Positions 53,524 to 62,430 of a stretch of DNA of 64,000 nucleotides are shown here, in pieces. A model generated the notes under the pieces. It made no database searches. It was not told the origin of the DNA and saw nothing but the letters and a program-made list of their open reading frames with translations. This stretch comes from an uncultured Planctomycetaceae bacterium. GTDB taxonomy: Bacteria; Planctomycetota; Planctomycetia; Planctomycetales; Planctomycetaceae. Each line of letters opens with the position of its first letter. Positions within the stretch are counted from its first letter, which is position 1. A program made the translations under genes and the position numbers. The DNA lies in assembly GCA_963785505.1 (NCBI GenBank), contig CAWAVN010000015.1, positions 82,918 through 146,917 on the forward strand, read 5' to 3'.

Positions 53524-54899
53524 TTTGCTTTTGTGGCAACAAATCCCGCACGTTGGGGAAGGAGTGCTGCCCCCCCGAATTGGCGCACCACTTGGACATG
53601 AAAACCAATGCCCTTTAGCATCTCGGCCACACGTTTGGGGTCGTAAAGTTGAATAGCGTGTTGTTCTTGCGACCGACGATAGAGCGTGTCCACTTGGCGA
53701 AATGTTGTGATCTGGCGGTGCAGCCGATTCTTGGTCTCGTCATACTCGTACTTAACAAGACAGGACCAGTCGTTGCCTTCAGCGAACGTGCGATTTCGTC
53801 CTTGGTCAAGTCCGATCTCCGCCACGTCGAAAATGAACAGCCCACCCGGCTCAAGGGCCTTGAAGATATTCTCGAAAAACAATTTTGGATTTGGGTCATC
53901 CTCTTCGCCTCTGCGATAACATAGCACTTCGCTCAGGGCGGTTACGACATGGCAGCGAGGAAATGAATAATCCCAGATCGAGCCGACATCAAAAGTTGCA
54001 GAAGAAACTCGCTGTTGGGACCGCTCAATCATTGCCGCAGAGACATCGACGCCGATCGCTTGGTATCCCGATTCGACCAACTTCTTAACCCATCCGCCAC
54101 CACCACAGCCAAGATCGACGACCGTCCCTGTGTGAATCCCTGCCTCTCGAAAAAGTTCCAAAAGTCCCGGTGTCCAGCTTTCGGACAGGCTGCTATAACC
54201 CACATCATGAATGTAAGCGAGGTCTTCGTCATAGATCGAATTGCCAGCTTTCGATTGAGAAGACTTTTCTTCCTCATTCGTCTCAGGCATCTCGACGGAG
54301 GAATTCTTTAACATCAACTGCATCACATGCACGTCGAGGCGGCGACCGAACTTGAACCCAACCTCTTTCATCGTGCCAATGAGACGAAAGCCGCACGACT
54401 CGTTGAGATGGATCGACGCAAGACTATCTTCTGCGGCTCGGGCCAACAGCGTGTGGAAACCGAAGCGACGTGCTTCATCGATCAATCGCCTTTTGAGGGC
54501 ACGTCCGATCCCACGGCCTCGGAAGGATTCGGCAACGTAAAACGAGGTTTCCGCAGTCTCGTTGTATGCGGGACGGTCGGACCATGAACTCAGCGCTCCC
54601 CACCCGACAACTTTTCCATCGGCTTCTGCGACAAATACCGGATGGCGTTCGTCGTGGCTATTCAGCCATTCCAGCCGATTTTCAACCGACTTTGCTTCAG
54701 TATCAAACGTGGCTGTCGTGATGCGGATCGCCTCGTTATAAATCTCGGCGATTGCCTCAGCATCACAAGCTTCGGCCAGTCGAATAGAAAATAGTGACTC
54801 ACTCATTGACGACGTTTCTCCTTCGACTCGGTGAGAGATGTCGTTCATCCGGGCGAGATATGCCTCGGGGTGTTCGGGCTTAGTCCATTCATTCGTCAT
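53520..54899 (-). CDS. GNAT acetyltransferase (phosphinothricin-acetyltransferase-like) fused to a class I SAM-dependent methyltransferase
   Basis: 459-aa ORF. GNAT: VAESFRGRGIGRALKRRLIDEARRFGFHTL. Methyltransferase motif I: VVDLGCGGGGW. It shares an ATGA overlap with the phzF-family stop. Confidence 0.82.
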   Translation of the reverse strand: MTNEWTKPEHPEAYLARMNDISHRVEGETSSMSESLFSIRLAEACDAEAIAEIYNEAIRITTATFDTEAKSVENRLEWLNSHDERHPVFVAEADGKVVGWGALSSWSDRPAYNETAETSFYVAESFRGRGIGRALKRRLIDEARRFGFHTLLARAAEDSLASIHLNESCGFRLIGTMKEVGFKFGRRLDVHVMQLMLKNSSVEMPETNEEEKSSQSKAGNSIYDEDLAYIHDVGYSSLSESWTPGLLELFREAGIHTGTVVDLGCGGGGWVKKLVESGYQAIGVDVSAAMIERSQQRVSSATFDVGSIWDYSFPRCHVVTALSEVLCYRRGEEDDPNPKLFFENIFKALEPGGLFIFDVAEIGLDQGRNRTFAEGNDWSCLVKYEYDETKNRLHRQITTFRQVDTLYRRSQEQHAIQLYDPKRVAEMLKGIGFHVQVVRQFGGAALLPQRAGFVATKAK

Positions 54900-55189
54900 G
54901 GTGAAACGAGTTCCCCTCTCAGCACTGTGACCGCTTGCCCACCGAGGAGAACACGATCACCGTTGACTCGAACACGCACAATGCCACCACGAGGTGACGC
55001 TTGGCACGCCGTCATCTCGGTCTTGCCGAGTCGCTCATTCCAAAAGGGACCAAGGCAGCAATGGGCTGAGCCGCAAACGGGGTCTTCATTCACACCAATA
55101 GCCGGTGCGAAGAAGCGAGAAACGAAATCAAACTGCGAATCGTATGCGAGGCTGGTAACAATCACGCCTCGCATTGGAATCTGCCTTAG
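54896..55189 (-). pseudogene. PhzF-family isomerase, C-terminal fragment (gene split by the IS element)
   Basis: MRGVIVTSLAYDSQFDFVSRFFAPAIGVNEDPVCGSAHCCLGPFWNERLGK...RGG is the C-terminal half of the PhzF family. It abuts the left end of the IS. Confidence 0.85.
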
Positions 55190-56887
55190 CCCGGATTATT
55201 CGTGAAGGTTTGAAAGATTGAGCCCCCTCATACGTCTAAAGTTTGTGTTGTTCTGAACTTTGGACGTGACGCGGAGGCTCCTCATGAGTTTACAAACTGT
55301 TGAGACGAATCGCTTCTCTTTTTTCTCGAAAAAGCCCGTGGTGGTGGAGACAACACCACTCCGATTGACCAGTGATGCGGGTCTGTTGCCCTTTCGAGAA
55401 CTGGATCATCAGTTGGGATTCACGGCGGGGTTCAACCAGGCGCTGCGGGATTCCCGGCGGTCCGCATCTATCACACATTCCACTTTGGAAATGGTGCGCT
55501 CGCGCGTGTTCGGCATCTTGGCGGGCTATCCCGATCAAAATGATCATGACACCTTACGCTTCGATCCCGTGTTTCAATTGATCGCGGACCGCGTCCCCGG
55601 CGAAGACCCGTTGGCCAGCCAGCCCACGCTCTCCCGCTTTGAAAATGCGATCACGCCGGGCGATTTGTTTCGACTGAGAAGCACGTTGATCGATCAGTTC
55701 ATCGCCTCGTTCGAGGAACCGCCGAGTCGATTGCTCTTCGATCTGGATGCCTTTGATGATCCGGCCCACGGGCAACAACAACTCTCGTTGTTTCATGGAT
55801 TTTATCGGCAGTCTCAATACTTGCCGTTGGCGATCACTTCGGCGGAGACCGACTTGGTCGTCTCGATCAGCCTGCGGCATGGCACGGCGAAAGCGTGTTT
55901 GGGGGCGGATGCGGACCTCAAGTTTTTGGTGCATCGCCTGCGCGGCGTGGCCGGATGTGGTCATCGAAGTCCGAGCCGATAGCGGGTTCGGCCAACCGGA
56001 AATGTACGCGGTGTGCGAGGAGTTGAGATTGATCTACACCTTGGGCTATCAAATGAACTCGGTGATCAAACAACGCACCGCAGACCTCTTGGAACAAGCG
56101 GTTTCGCAGCACGAAGCGCAGGTGGCGGCACTCCAAGAACGCGGCGAGTTGGTCACGCACGAGAACACCAAGGTGCGATGGTTTACGGGGTTTTGGTATC
56201 GCGCGGGAACGTGGGACCGAGCGCGTTATGTGGTGGTCAAAGTCGAAGCGCACCTGCAAGGAACCAACCGCCGAGCGGTGGTCACGAACCGAGCGGGCGC
56301 GGAAGTTTTGCCGCAGGGAGTTTATGACGAATACGTGCAGCGCGGGGAAAGCGAGAACCGTCACAAGGAATTGAAAGTCTCGTTGGACGCCGACCGTTTG
56401 AGCGACCACCGCGTGCTGGCCAATGCCTTTCGATTGTGTTTGCATGTGCTGGCTTACCACCTGTTGGTGCGGATGCGGCAGCGCGTGGCCGACCCTCCCG
56501 AAGTGCCCGGCGGGTTGGATCGCGAGGCGATGCCGAAGCCGGACCGAAAGCGTTACGACAACCAGCGTCGCCGCAGTGATCCCTTGGGGGAAGGCCACGC
56601 GGAAACTTGGCGGACCCGCGTGATCAAAGTCGCCGCGGAGGTGGTGATCCGCGCTCGACACATTCGCATCCGTCTTCCCGCACACTGGCCGCACCTGCCG
56701 CATTTCTTGAACGTGATGCAGACCGTTCTCGCCACTGCTCCTGGCTGATGTCCTAAGTTCCGTCCCGCTGCCAGAACCCGTCCGCCGCACAAAAAAATCT
56801 GGGAGGGGACCGGTCTGGACCTCGCTCAACCAATCGCTCGAAAAGCCAACCGACGATCGAAATCGAAACACTCACGAATAATGCGGG
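55190..56887 (+). mobile_element. IS1380-family-like insertion sequence (1698 bp) with imperfect terminal inverted repeats and a 4-bp TTAG target-site duplication
   Basis: IRL is CCCGGATTATTCGTGAAGGTTTG. The reverse complement of the right end is CCCGCATTATTCGTGAGTGTTTC. TTAG occurs at 55186-55189 and 56888-56891. One DDE transposase gene lies inside. Confidence 0.85.
55284..56748 (+). CDS. IS1380-family DDE transposase; one frame break near 55944
   Basis: A GGAGG RBS precedes the ATG at 55284. LTSDAGLLPFRELDHQLGF...GYPDQNDHDTLRFDP...LVHRLR is followed, after an apparent extra G, by AWPDVVIEVRADSGFGQPEMYAVCEELRLIYTLGY...YVQRGESENRHKELK (ORF 55747..56748). Confidence 0.85.
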
Positions 56888-57386
56888 TTAGTTGGGCGAA
56901 ATTTGGTTGCATCAAGCGAACGACCTCCTCCGATTCGACCTGAACGATCTTGTCGAACTTCGATTTACCAACGAACGTGGGCAGAACGCCGAGTGCCTCC
57001 AGCAGTCCATCGGGCGGCTGTGATTCTTCGGCTGGGGTTGCCGGAAAATTAAGTTCAATTAGAGTGCCGTCCCGTTGACATGCCAGAATCCCGCTTCTCG
57101 TATGGAAGCGGATTGGAGAGTCGCCAGCGACGACGCCTTCGGTCCACAAAGCGTGTGCCGTGGCCAACGTCGCATGACCGCAGAGATCAACCTCGATTGC
57201 GGGTGTGAACCAGCGAAGTTCAAAGTCCACGTCGAGAGGTCGAACGAACGCCGTCTCCGACAAATTCATCTCGGCAGCGACAGCCTGCATCCATACAGCG
57301 TCTTGCTCTTTTTCGAGCAAACAAACAGCGGCAGGATTGCCTGCGAAGGGCCGATCCGTGAAGGCGTCAACAATCAGAAGTTTCAT
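56888..57386 (-). pseudogene. PhzF-family isomerase, N-terminal fragment (gene split by the IS element)
   Basis: MKLLIVDAFTDRPFAGNPAAVCLLE...LSETAFV...ELRWFTPAIEVDLCGHATLATAHAL is the PhzF N-terminal half. It abuts the right end of the IS. Confidence 0.85.
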
Positions 57387-57456
57387 GTGAGTTTCACCCT
57401 ATCAGAAAACAGAATAACGTTCCTTTTGTTTGGGGTTGAGAAGTTGAAGACACAAC

Positions 57457-58350
57457 TCAACTTCGATTTCGAGTCCAGCCCAGTGGTTCTCGGTATTGTT
57501 TCCATTCGGATGGAATACCGTCAGAGCCAACATTCAGAGCGACGATCCCACCGATAATTGCACATGTCGTATCAATGTCACCGCCAACACGGGCGGCAGT
57601 CCACATCGCCTCGCAGTAATCATTCAGGTGAGCCGCAGCCATCCAAATGCAGAATGGCACCGTGTCCTGAGCGCTGATCTCGTGCCCACAACCAACTTGT
57701 GACGCAATCGTGAAGGCCCATGTATCGAGGGGATATGTCGCCGCCCATTCCAATCGTCTCCGAACTTCGCTTTGATCTATTTTTGAGATCACCCACGGGA
57801 TCAACTCTTCCGCTCGCTGGGACTCGCATCGCCACGCCCAACCCGCTGCCAGGGCAATTGCGATGGTTCCAATCTGAGCTTCTGGGTGAGTATGTGTGAC
57901 CTCCGCTGAAAGTGCGGCCTGCTTGATTGTTAGTTCAACGTCATTGGCAAACCATGCGCCGAGCGGAGAAACCCGCATGGCCGCACCGTTTCCGTGCGAG
58001 CCGCATCCACCAAACATCTGGTGGCTCAGGGTTCTCCAACATCCGCCCGCTGCAATGTCATCAAGTAGCCTTTTAGCACCAGCCCCATACCCACGGGAAG
58101 GCTTTGCTTGATATCGTTCCACAAGTCGCTGGGCGAGAAAGTCTTGGTCAACAGATTCACAGTCACGGAGTGTTTGCGTCAATGCGATAGCCATTTCCGT
58201 GTCGTCGGTGTAGTTCCAAGGAGGTGGCGGTGGGTTATTGCGATTTGCTTCTGCGGCAACATGCGGAGAGAAAAACTGCTGGCCAAATGCGTCTCCAATC
58301 GAAAGGCCGTCCAGCGACAAACACGCTCTTTCCAATCGATCTTCAGACAT
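57457..58350 (-). CDS. ADP-ribosylglycohydrolase family protein
   Basis: The ATG at 58350 lies in ORF 57457..58356. Motifs: LDGLSIGDAFG, YTDDTEMAIAL, GNGAAMRVSPLG, GGDIDTTCAIIGGI. Confidence 0.85.
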   Translation of the reverse strand: MSEDRLERACLSLDGLSIGDAFGQQFFSPHVAAEANRNNPPPPPWNYTDDTEMAIALTQTLRDCESVDQDFLAQRLVERYQAKPSRGYGAGAKRLLDDIAAGGCWRTLSHQMFGGCGSHGNGAAMRVSPLGAWFANDVELTIKQAALSAEVTHTHPEAQIGTIAIALAAGWAWRCESQRAEELIPWVISKIDQSEVRRRLEWAATYPLDTWAFTIASQVGCGHEISAQDTVPFCIWMAAAHLNDYCEAMWTAARVGGDIDTTCAIIGGIVALNVGSDGIPSEWKQYREPLGWTRNRS

Positions 58351-58473
58351 TTTCAAATCCTCACTTCAGCAATGGTGATGCTCACTCATTATAGAAAAAG
58401 CCCGCTCGGTTCGATGCAACCGAGCGGGTTTTGGATGTTCAGTCCCTAAAAGTAGTGATCCCGGTTCACGCCA

Positions 58474-58641
58474 TCAAAAGCAGCCCTTCGAGAGACAGCA
58501 CTTCTTGAAGCGATGGCCGGAACCGCAGGGGCAGAGATCGTTCCGCCCGAGCTTTTCCTCCAGCAGTTTATCGCCGTGGACGACCCGCATTCCACGTTTG
58601 ACCTGCGTTTCGGATGGGAATCCTCGACGACGCTTGCTCAT
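58474..58641 (-). CDS. Small SEC-C metal-binding motif protein (55 aa; below the ORF-track cutoff)
   Basis: Hand translation gives [55 protein letters not shown]. CPCGSGxxFKKCC is the SecA-C-terminal-type zinc motif. Confidence 0.65.
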   Translation of the reverse strand: MSKRRRGFPSETQVKRGMRVVHGDKLLEEKLGRNDLCPCGSGHRFKKCCLSKGCF

Positions 58642-58863
58642 CGTCTCGAAAAAAATGGCTGTTCTTCAAATTGTTCGTGATTTTGGTTTGGCATGGCGCA
58701 CCTCCTCCCTTGGAATGGCTTTCCTGTCAGACACGGATGGCGGGGAAAGGTTCGGTTATTGGGAAGGATGGAACAGTGAAGGCGCAGGAACTCGGGGCAG
58801 CGGCGAGTTCTTCGTCGCTGGCGGGATTTGCCGGAGAGCCCTTTGGTCAAATCTCACTACCCG

Positions 58864-59100
58864 CTAATGAGGATGCCCACCTTCCGTCGTCATGGGAATC
58901 CAGGCAGGAGGATCGCTGGCGGGAAAAGATTCCTCCGAAGCCTCTTGGACGACATCGACACCACTGTGACTCTGGTTTTGACACTCTCGCTCGGCCTTCA
59001 ACCAGAACACCACACCGTCACCATTGGGTTTCCCGGCACGTTCCCAGCAGTAGTACGCTGCTTCTCGAATGATTTGTTGCTCTTGCTCCGTGGATGGCAT
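58864..59100 (-). CDS. DUF2934 domain-containing protein
   Basis: 78-aa ORF. IREAAYYCWERAGKPNGDGVVFWLKAERE matches the DUF2934 pattern. Confidence 0.7.
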   Translation of the reverse strand: MPSTEQEQQIIREAAYYCWERAGKPNGDGVVFWLKAERECQNQSHSGVDVVQEASEESFPASDPPAWIPMTTEGGHPH

Positions 59101-59158
59101 TGGGCTTTCCTTTCGCAGAGAAGATTTTGGATTCGGCGACGTGTCTCTCGTCAGTCGC

Positions 59159-59752
59159 TCACTGCAACTCCTTCAAGAATCCCAACAACTCCCGATGAAA
59201 GGTTGCCGGGTCGCTCATGTACGGGGCATGGCTCCCACCGGGAATGATGATCTTTCGCCCGTTCCCGGCCCCCAAAACAAGCACGTCGGCATGCTCAACG
59301 GGAATGGTCGTGTCATTCTCACCCCACACGGCCAAAACCGGACAGGTGATCTGTCCCAACTTCTTTTCATATTTGGTGATTTCCACGGGAGCGACGGCCA
59401 CAAAGCCGCTCACCTGATCGGGATGTTCGGTCACGAAGGGCAAACTGAAGCGGCCACTCATCGAAGGCGAGAGAATCACAGATTTCTCAAGGCTCAGTTC
59501 CTCATAGAGCTTCGTCATCCAAAGTCCTGGTTCCATGTCGGAGGATTCGGATTGGCCGTAGCCTGGCAGATCGACGGCATAAACACAAAATCCTGCCTCG
59601 GCAAGCACATCAATCGTGCCGATCTCCCTCCAGGTTTCGGAAGAAAAACTGGCTCCGTGAAGCAGCAGGATGGGACGTGCCTCTTCGGAACCAGCAACAA
59701 GGCCGTGGACTTTGCTTCCATCAATGGTCAGCGTGTGGGGTTGGATATTCAT
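59159..59752 (-). CDS. Alpha/beta hydrolase
   Basis: The ATG at 59752 lies in ORF 59159..59821. Motifs: ILLLHGASFSSETW, nucleophile region ILSPSMSGRF, and C-terminal GGSHAPYM. Confidence 0.78.
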   Translation of the reverse strand: MNIQPHTLTIDGSKVHGLVAGSEEARPILLLHGASFSSETWREIGTIDVLAEAGFCVYAVDLPGYGQSESSDMEPGLWMTKLYEELSLEKSVILSPSMSGRFSLPFVTEHPDQVSGFVAVAPVEITKYEKKLGQITCPVLAVWGENDTTIPVEHADVLVLGAGNGRKIIIPGGSHAPYMSDPATFHRELLGFLKELQ

Positions 59753-59838
59753 TGGGGCAACTCCTACATGAATTGAACCTGATTCATCCTCTCCCGACAA
59801 TGGGGATTGTTCATGACCCAAACACCAAAGGAATCCCC

Positions 59839-60231
59839 ATGCCTCTCGAATCCGTCCTCACCCAAATCCACACCGCCCGGCTCTACACGAAAGGTCTCCT
59901 CAACCATAATGACCCAGAAGACTGGTTCCGCCAACCCACCGAGGGCGTTACCCATATCGCTTGGCAGGTTGGGCATTTGGCCGTGGCCCAATACAGTTTG
60001 GGGCTGAAGCGAATCCGAGGTGAGAAACCCAAAGATGCCGGCTTGATCCCAGCCGACTTCCGCCGATTATTCGGCAAAGGCTCAACGCCAACAGCAAATC
60101 CCGCTGATTATCCAACACCGGAGGCGATTCTTGCGGTTTTCGATCGGGTGCATGAGCAAGTTTTCAAAGTGGCGGGAGCCTTGCCGGAAGAAACTTTGCA
60201 GGAACCCGCGTACTTGAAAGCCCAATCCTAA
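59839..60231 (+). CDS. DinB family protein (possibly C-terminally truncated or frameshifted)
   Basis: The ATG at 59839 lies in ORF 59677..60231. HIAWQVGHLAVAQY is DinB-like. The usual C-terminal HxxxH helix is absent from this frame, and a weak candidate (HAAKLGHMML) lies in another frame near 60270-60300. Confidence 0.55.
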   Translation: MPLESVLTQIHTARLYTKGLLNHNDPEDWFRQPTEGVTHIAWQVGHLAVAQYSLGLKRIRGEKPKDAGLIPADFRRLFGKGSTPTANPADYPTPEAILAVFDRVHEQVFKVAGALPEETLQEPAYLKAQS

Positions 60232-60461
60232 AAGAAGTGTAAAGCTGGGAAAATGCTCGCAAAATGGTGGGCATGCGGCAAAACTCGGTCACATGATGTT
60301 ACCGAGCAACCCCCCCCGCCATCCTAAAAGCCTAAAATCCAAACTGCAAACCGTCTGTCCCCTTCCGCTTTTAATCGCCGATGGCTTTCGCGGTGAGCAT
60401 GCAATTGAATTCGAACGTATTCCGCCCGGTCTGCAATGTTGCCAAAGGAGGGTCAAGCAAG

Positions 60462-60794
60462 CTATGGGAAAAGGTCGTGTTTCACCTTCTCCACTGTTTC
60501 GTCGAATAGTGTTTTCGGTAACGTACCCAAGCGACGTTGAAACACTGACGACGCAATCGTCATTGGTTTTGTCCATTTAATGGAGGACTCTTGCCGGAGT
60601 CCAGCCTGCGAAAAATGGGGGTTTCCAATAAAGACAGCAAATTCATCATTAGGGTCGGGGCGCGAACTAATAGGCAATACAACAACATCGGCGTTGTTGT
60701 ATCGCCTATTCGAGATCACAAGAACGGGCCTTAATTTGGCGGCGGTTCCGTCTGTGAATGGGAACCTAGCCAAATAGATTTCCCCTGAGTTCAT
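60462..60794 (-). CDS. Type II toxin, PemK/MazF family endoribonuclease
   Basis: 110-aa ORF. GEIYLARFPFTDGTAAKLRPVLVIS...VVVLPISS is the MazF/PemK N-terminal signature. Confidence 0.8.
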   Translation of the reverse strand: MNSGEIYLARFPFTDGTAAKLRPVLVISNRRYNNADVVVLPISSRPDPNDEFAVFIGNPHFSQAGLRQESSIKWTKPMTIASSVFQRRLGTLPKTLFDETVEKVKHDLFP

Positions 60795-61045
60795 AGTGGA
60801 GAGCCGTCTGCCTCGGTGTAAATGTCTTCATCATCATGCGACCACAATTCATGGACTGACGATGTTTCTTGAAGCCGCATCCATTGCGGTACAGTTGGAT
60901 CTTCAGGCGGAACCGGCCATCTCTTTACTACCGATCCACCGTCCGATTCCACTTCATTCTCATCAACTACCTTTTCTGTTTGCTTGCTGGAGTAAGAGTG
61001 CAAGAGGGATTTGAAGCCGTTAATCTCCATTGTTGTTGTTTTCAT
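60791..61045 (-). CDS. Putative cognate antitoxin (family not recognised)
   Basis: The ATG at 61045 (or 61030) lies inside ORF 60791..61162. The stop overlaps the MazF start by 4 nt (ATGA). Acidic 84-aa product. Confidence 0.5.
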   Translation of the reverse strand: MKTTTMEINGFKSLLHSYSSKQTEKVVDENEVESDGGSVVKRWPVPPEDPTVPQWMRLQETSSVHELWSHDDEDIYTEADGSPL

Positions 61046-61472
61046 CGTCTTCCACCTTTTTTTTAGAGTTCTTTTCCAACAATTCAAAAGGTCGCTGCAA
61101 AAGAAGTTTCTTATTCCCGAAAAGCCGAACGTAATAGGTTCCAGGCTCACCAAAAGGAACATTTTTTAATTCAAAAACCATATCAAAAATAGTTGATGGA
61201 TTAACCCCATCCATATCAACCGGCCCCTCGGCTTTAAAAACTGGCTCATCCGTTTCGCCGTGTACAATGTCTATGCCACAGGTTGCGCCTGGGTATATTT
61301 CAGTTATGGACACATAAACACAAATTTTTAACTTCATAACCGGAATTTTTGGAACGACAAGGCGATTAAAAATCCCAATTATCGCCAACTTTCCAGATGA
61401 ATCCGTGTAGATGTCGTCACAAGGAACAATAGCTAGTCCTTCTGGTTCTTTGCCTGTCAGTTTTTCAGCCAT
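61020..61472 (-). CDS. Hypothetical protein, first gene of the MazF module
   Basis: 150-aa ORF in AT-rich DNA that overlaps the next gene's start. Predicted mostly beta with an acidic/Asn-rich tail (KKKVEDDENNNNGD). It faintly resembles DUF6941-type proteins from memory; not verified. Confidence 0.5.
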   Translation of the reverse strand: MAEKLTGKEPEGLAIVPCDDIYTDSSGKLAIIGIFNRLVVPKIPVMKLKICVYVSITEIYPGATCGIDIVHGETDEPVFKAEGPVDMDGVNPSTIFDMVFELKNVPFGEPGTYYVRLFGNKKLLLQRPFELLEKNSKKKVEDDENNNNGD

Positions 61473-61926
61473 TTCTTGGGAAGCCTGAATGCCAAAAGTT
61501 TGCGGGAGAACAATCTTATAGACTGTGTCAATAGAAGATCTTCATCCCGAACCAGGAATTATTACGCACACCACTCCTTAAGTCAATACGTTATTTGTGT
61601 TTAAGTTTTTTTCCTAAGAATGAGAATAATAACGCAACCTTTACGGTAGAAATAGTTTGTCTCAATAATAATCTTCAAATCGGTCCAAATCAACTCGATA
61701 CTTGCAGCTTTTCCCCTCTAAATTATATAAACATGTGTTTATTTCATGTGGTACAGTTTGAAATAGACCACTCGTGTTCTGGCGAGGCCATCGAATGCAA
61801 TGCCGCCACCTAGAGTATTTGTTGCGTCTCTTGATACGATTCGGTGATACGATATTCCGCTTTTTTGGTATCAAAAGTGGCAACTATTGGAATTTTGACC
61901 AGTATAAAAGCTGATTAAAAATGCCT

Positions 61927-61961
61927 AGAAAAACAGCCTTAAACCACTATGGTTTAAGGCT
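61927..61961 (-). terminator. Rho-independent terminator of tRNA-Lys
   Basis: On the minus strand, AGCCTTAAACCA-TAG-TGGTTTAAGGCT is followed by GTTTTTCT, beginning 9 nt after the tRNA 3' end. Confidence 0.7.
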
Positions 61962-61970
61962 TTAAGAAAA

Positions 61971-62044
<74 letters not shown>

Positions 62045-62430
62045 GTTGTTGTTTCACAAGTGTTTGCGTTGTTTTTCTTGCGTTGCGAGCTTGGTTTTTG
62101 AGGCTAATTCCGGCAAGGGAATTGGGTATGATGTTCGCAACGGCTCGCGATGGTGTGGCAAATCGTAGCACAACTTTCCCAAAACACAACCGACTTGGAA
62201 AACCGTGATTGAGGGTTTCGCCAAATTCCCCTTTCGCTCTCAACACGGAGAGGGAATTTTCGTTTTGGTTCGGGAAAATCGCGAGGGGTTCGCATTGCCG
62301 GTGGATGCGTTGGAGCAGGACAACGGGGAAAACGCAGAAAGTTTTCGGGGCCGGGGTGGTCTGATGGGGCGGGATTCGTTAGAAGTTCAGGGACGTTTTT
62401 TTGACTTCTTTTCCCCCAATTGAATCCAGA

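Noticed and set aside
55930-55960. Programmed -1/+1 ribosomal frameshift in the IS transposase.
   Set aside because: IS1380-family transposases are single-ORF, and no slippery A6G/A7-type heptamer is present at the break. The break looks like the same extra-G type seen in housekeeping genes, so an indel error is more likely.
58638-58850. 70-aa ORF (MTKGLSGKSRQRRRTRRCPEF...) upstream of the SEC-C gene.
   Set aside because: The N-terminal 50 residues are Arg-rich junk with no RBS. Only the last 18 codons, which have their own strong RBS, look plausible, and those are reported as a micro-ORF finding.
60232-61970. Integrase or att direct repeat defining an active tRNA-Lys island.
   Set aside because: No tyrosine or serine recombinase-like ORF was seen, and I could not spot a copy of the tRNA 3' end. 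An exhaustive repeat search was not possible by eye.
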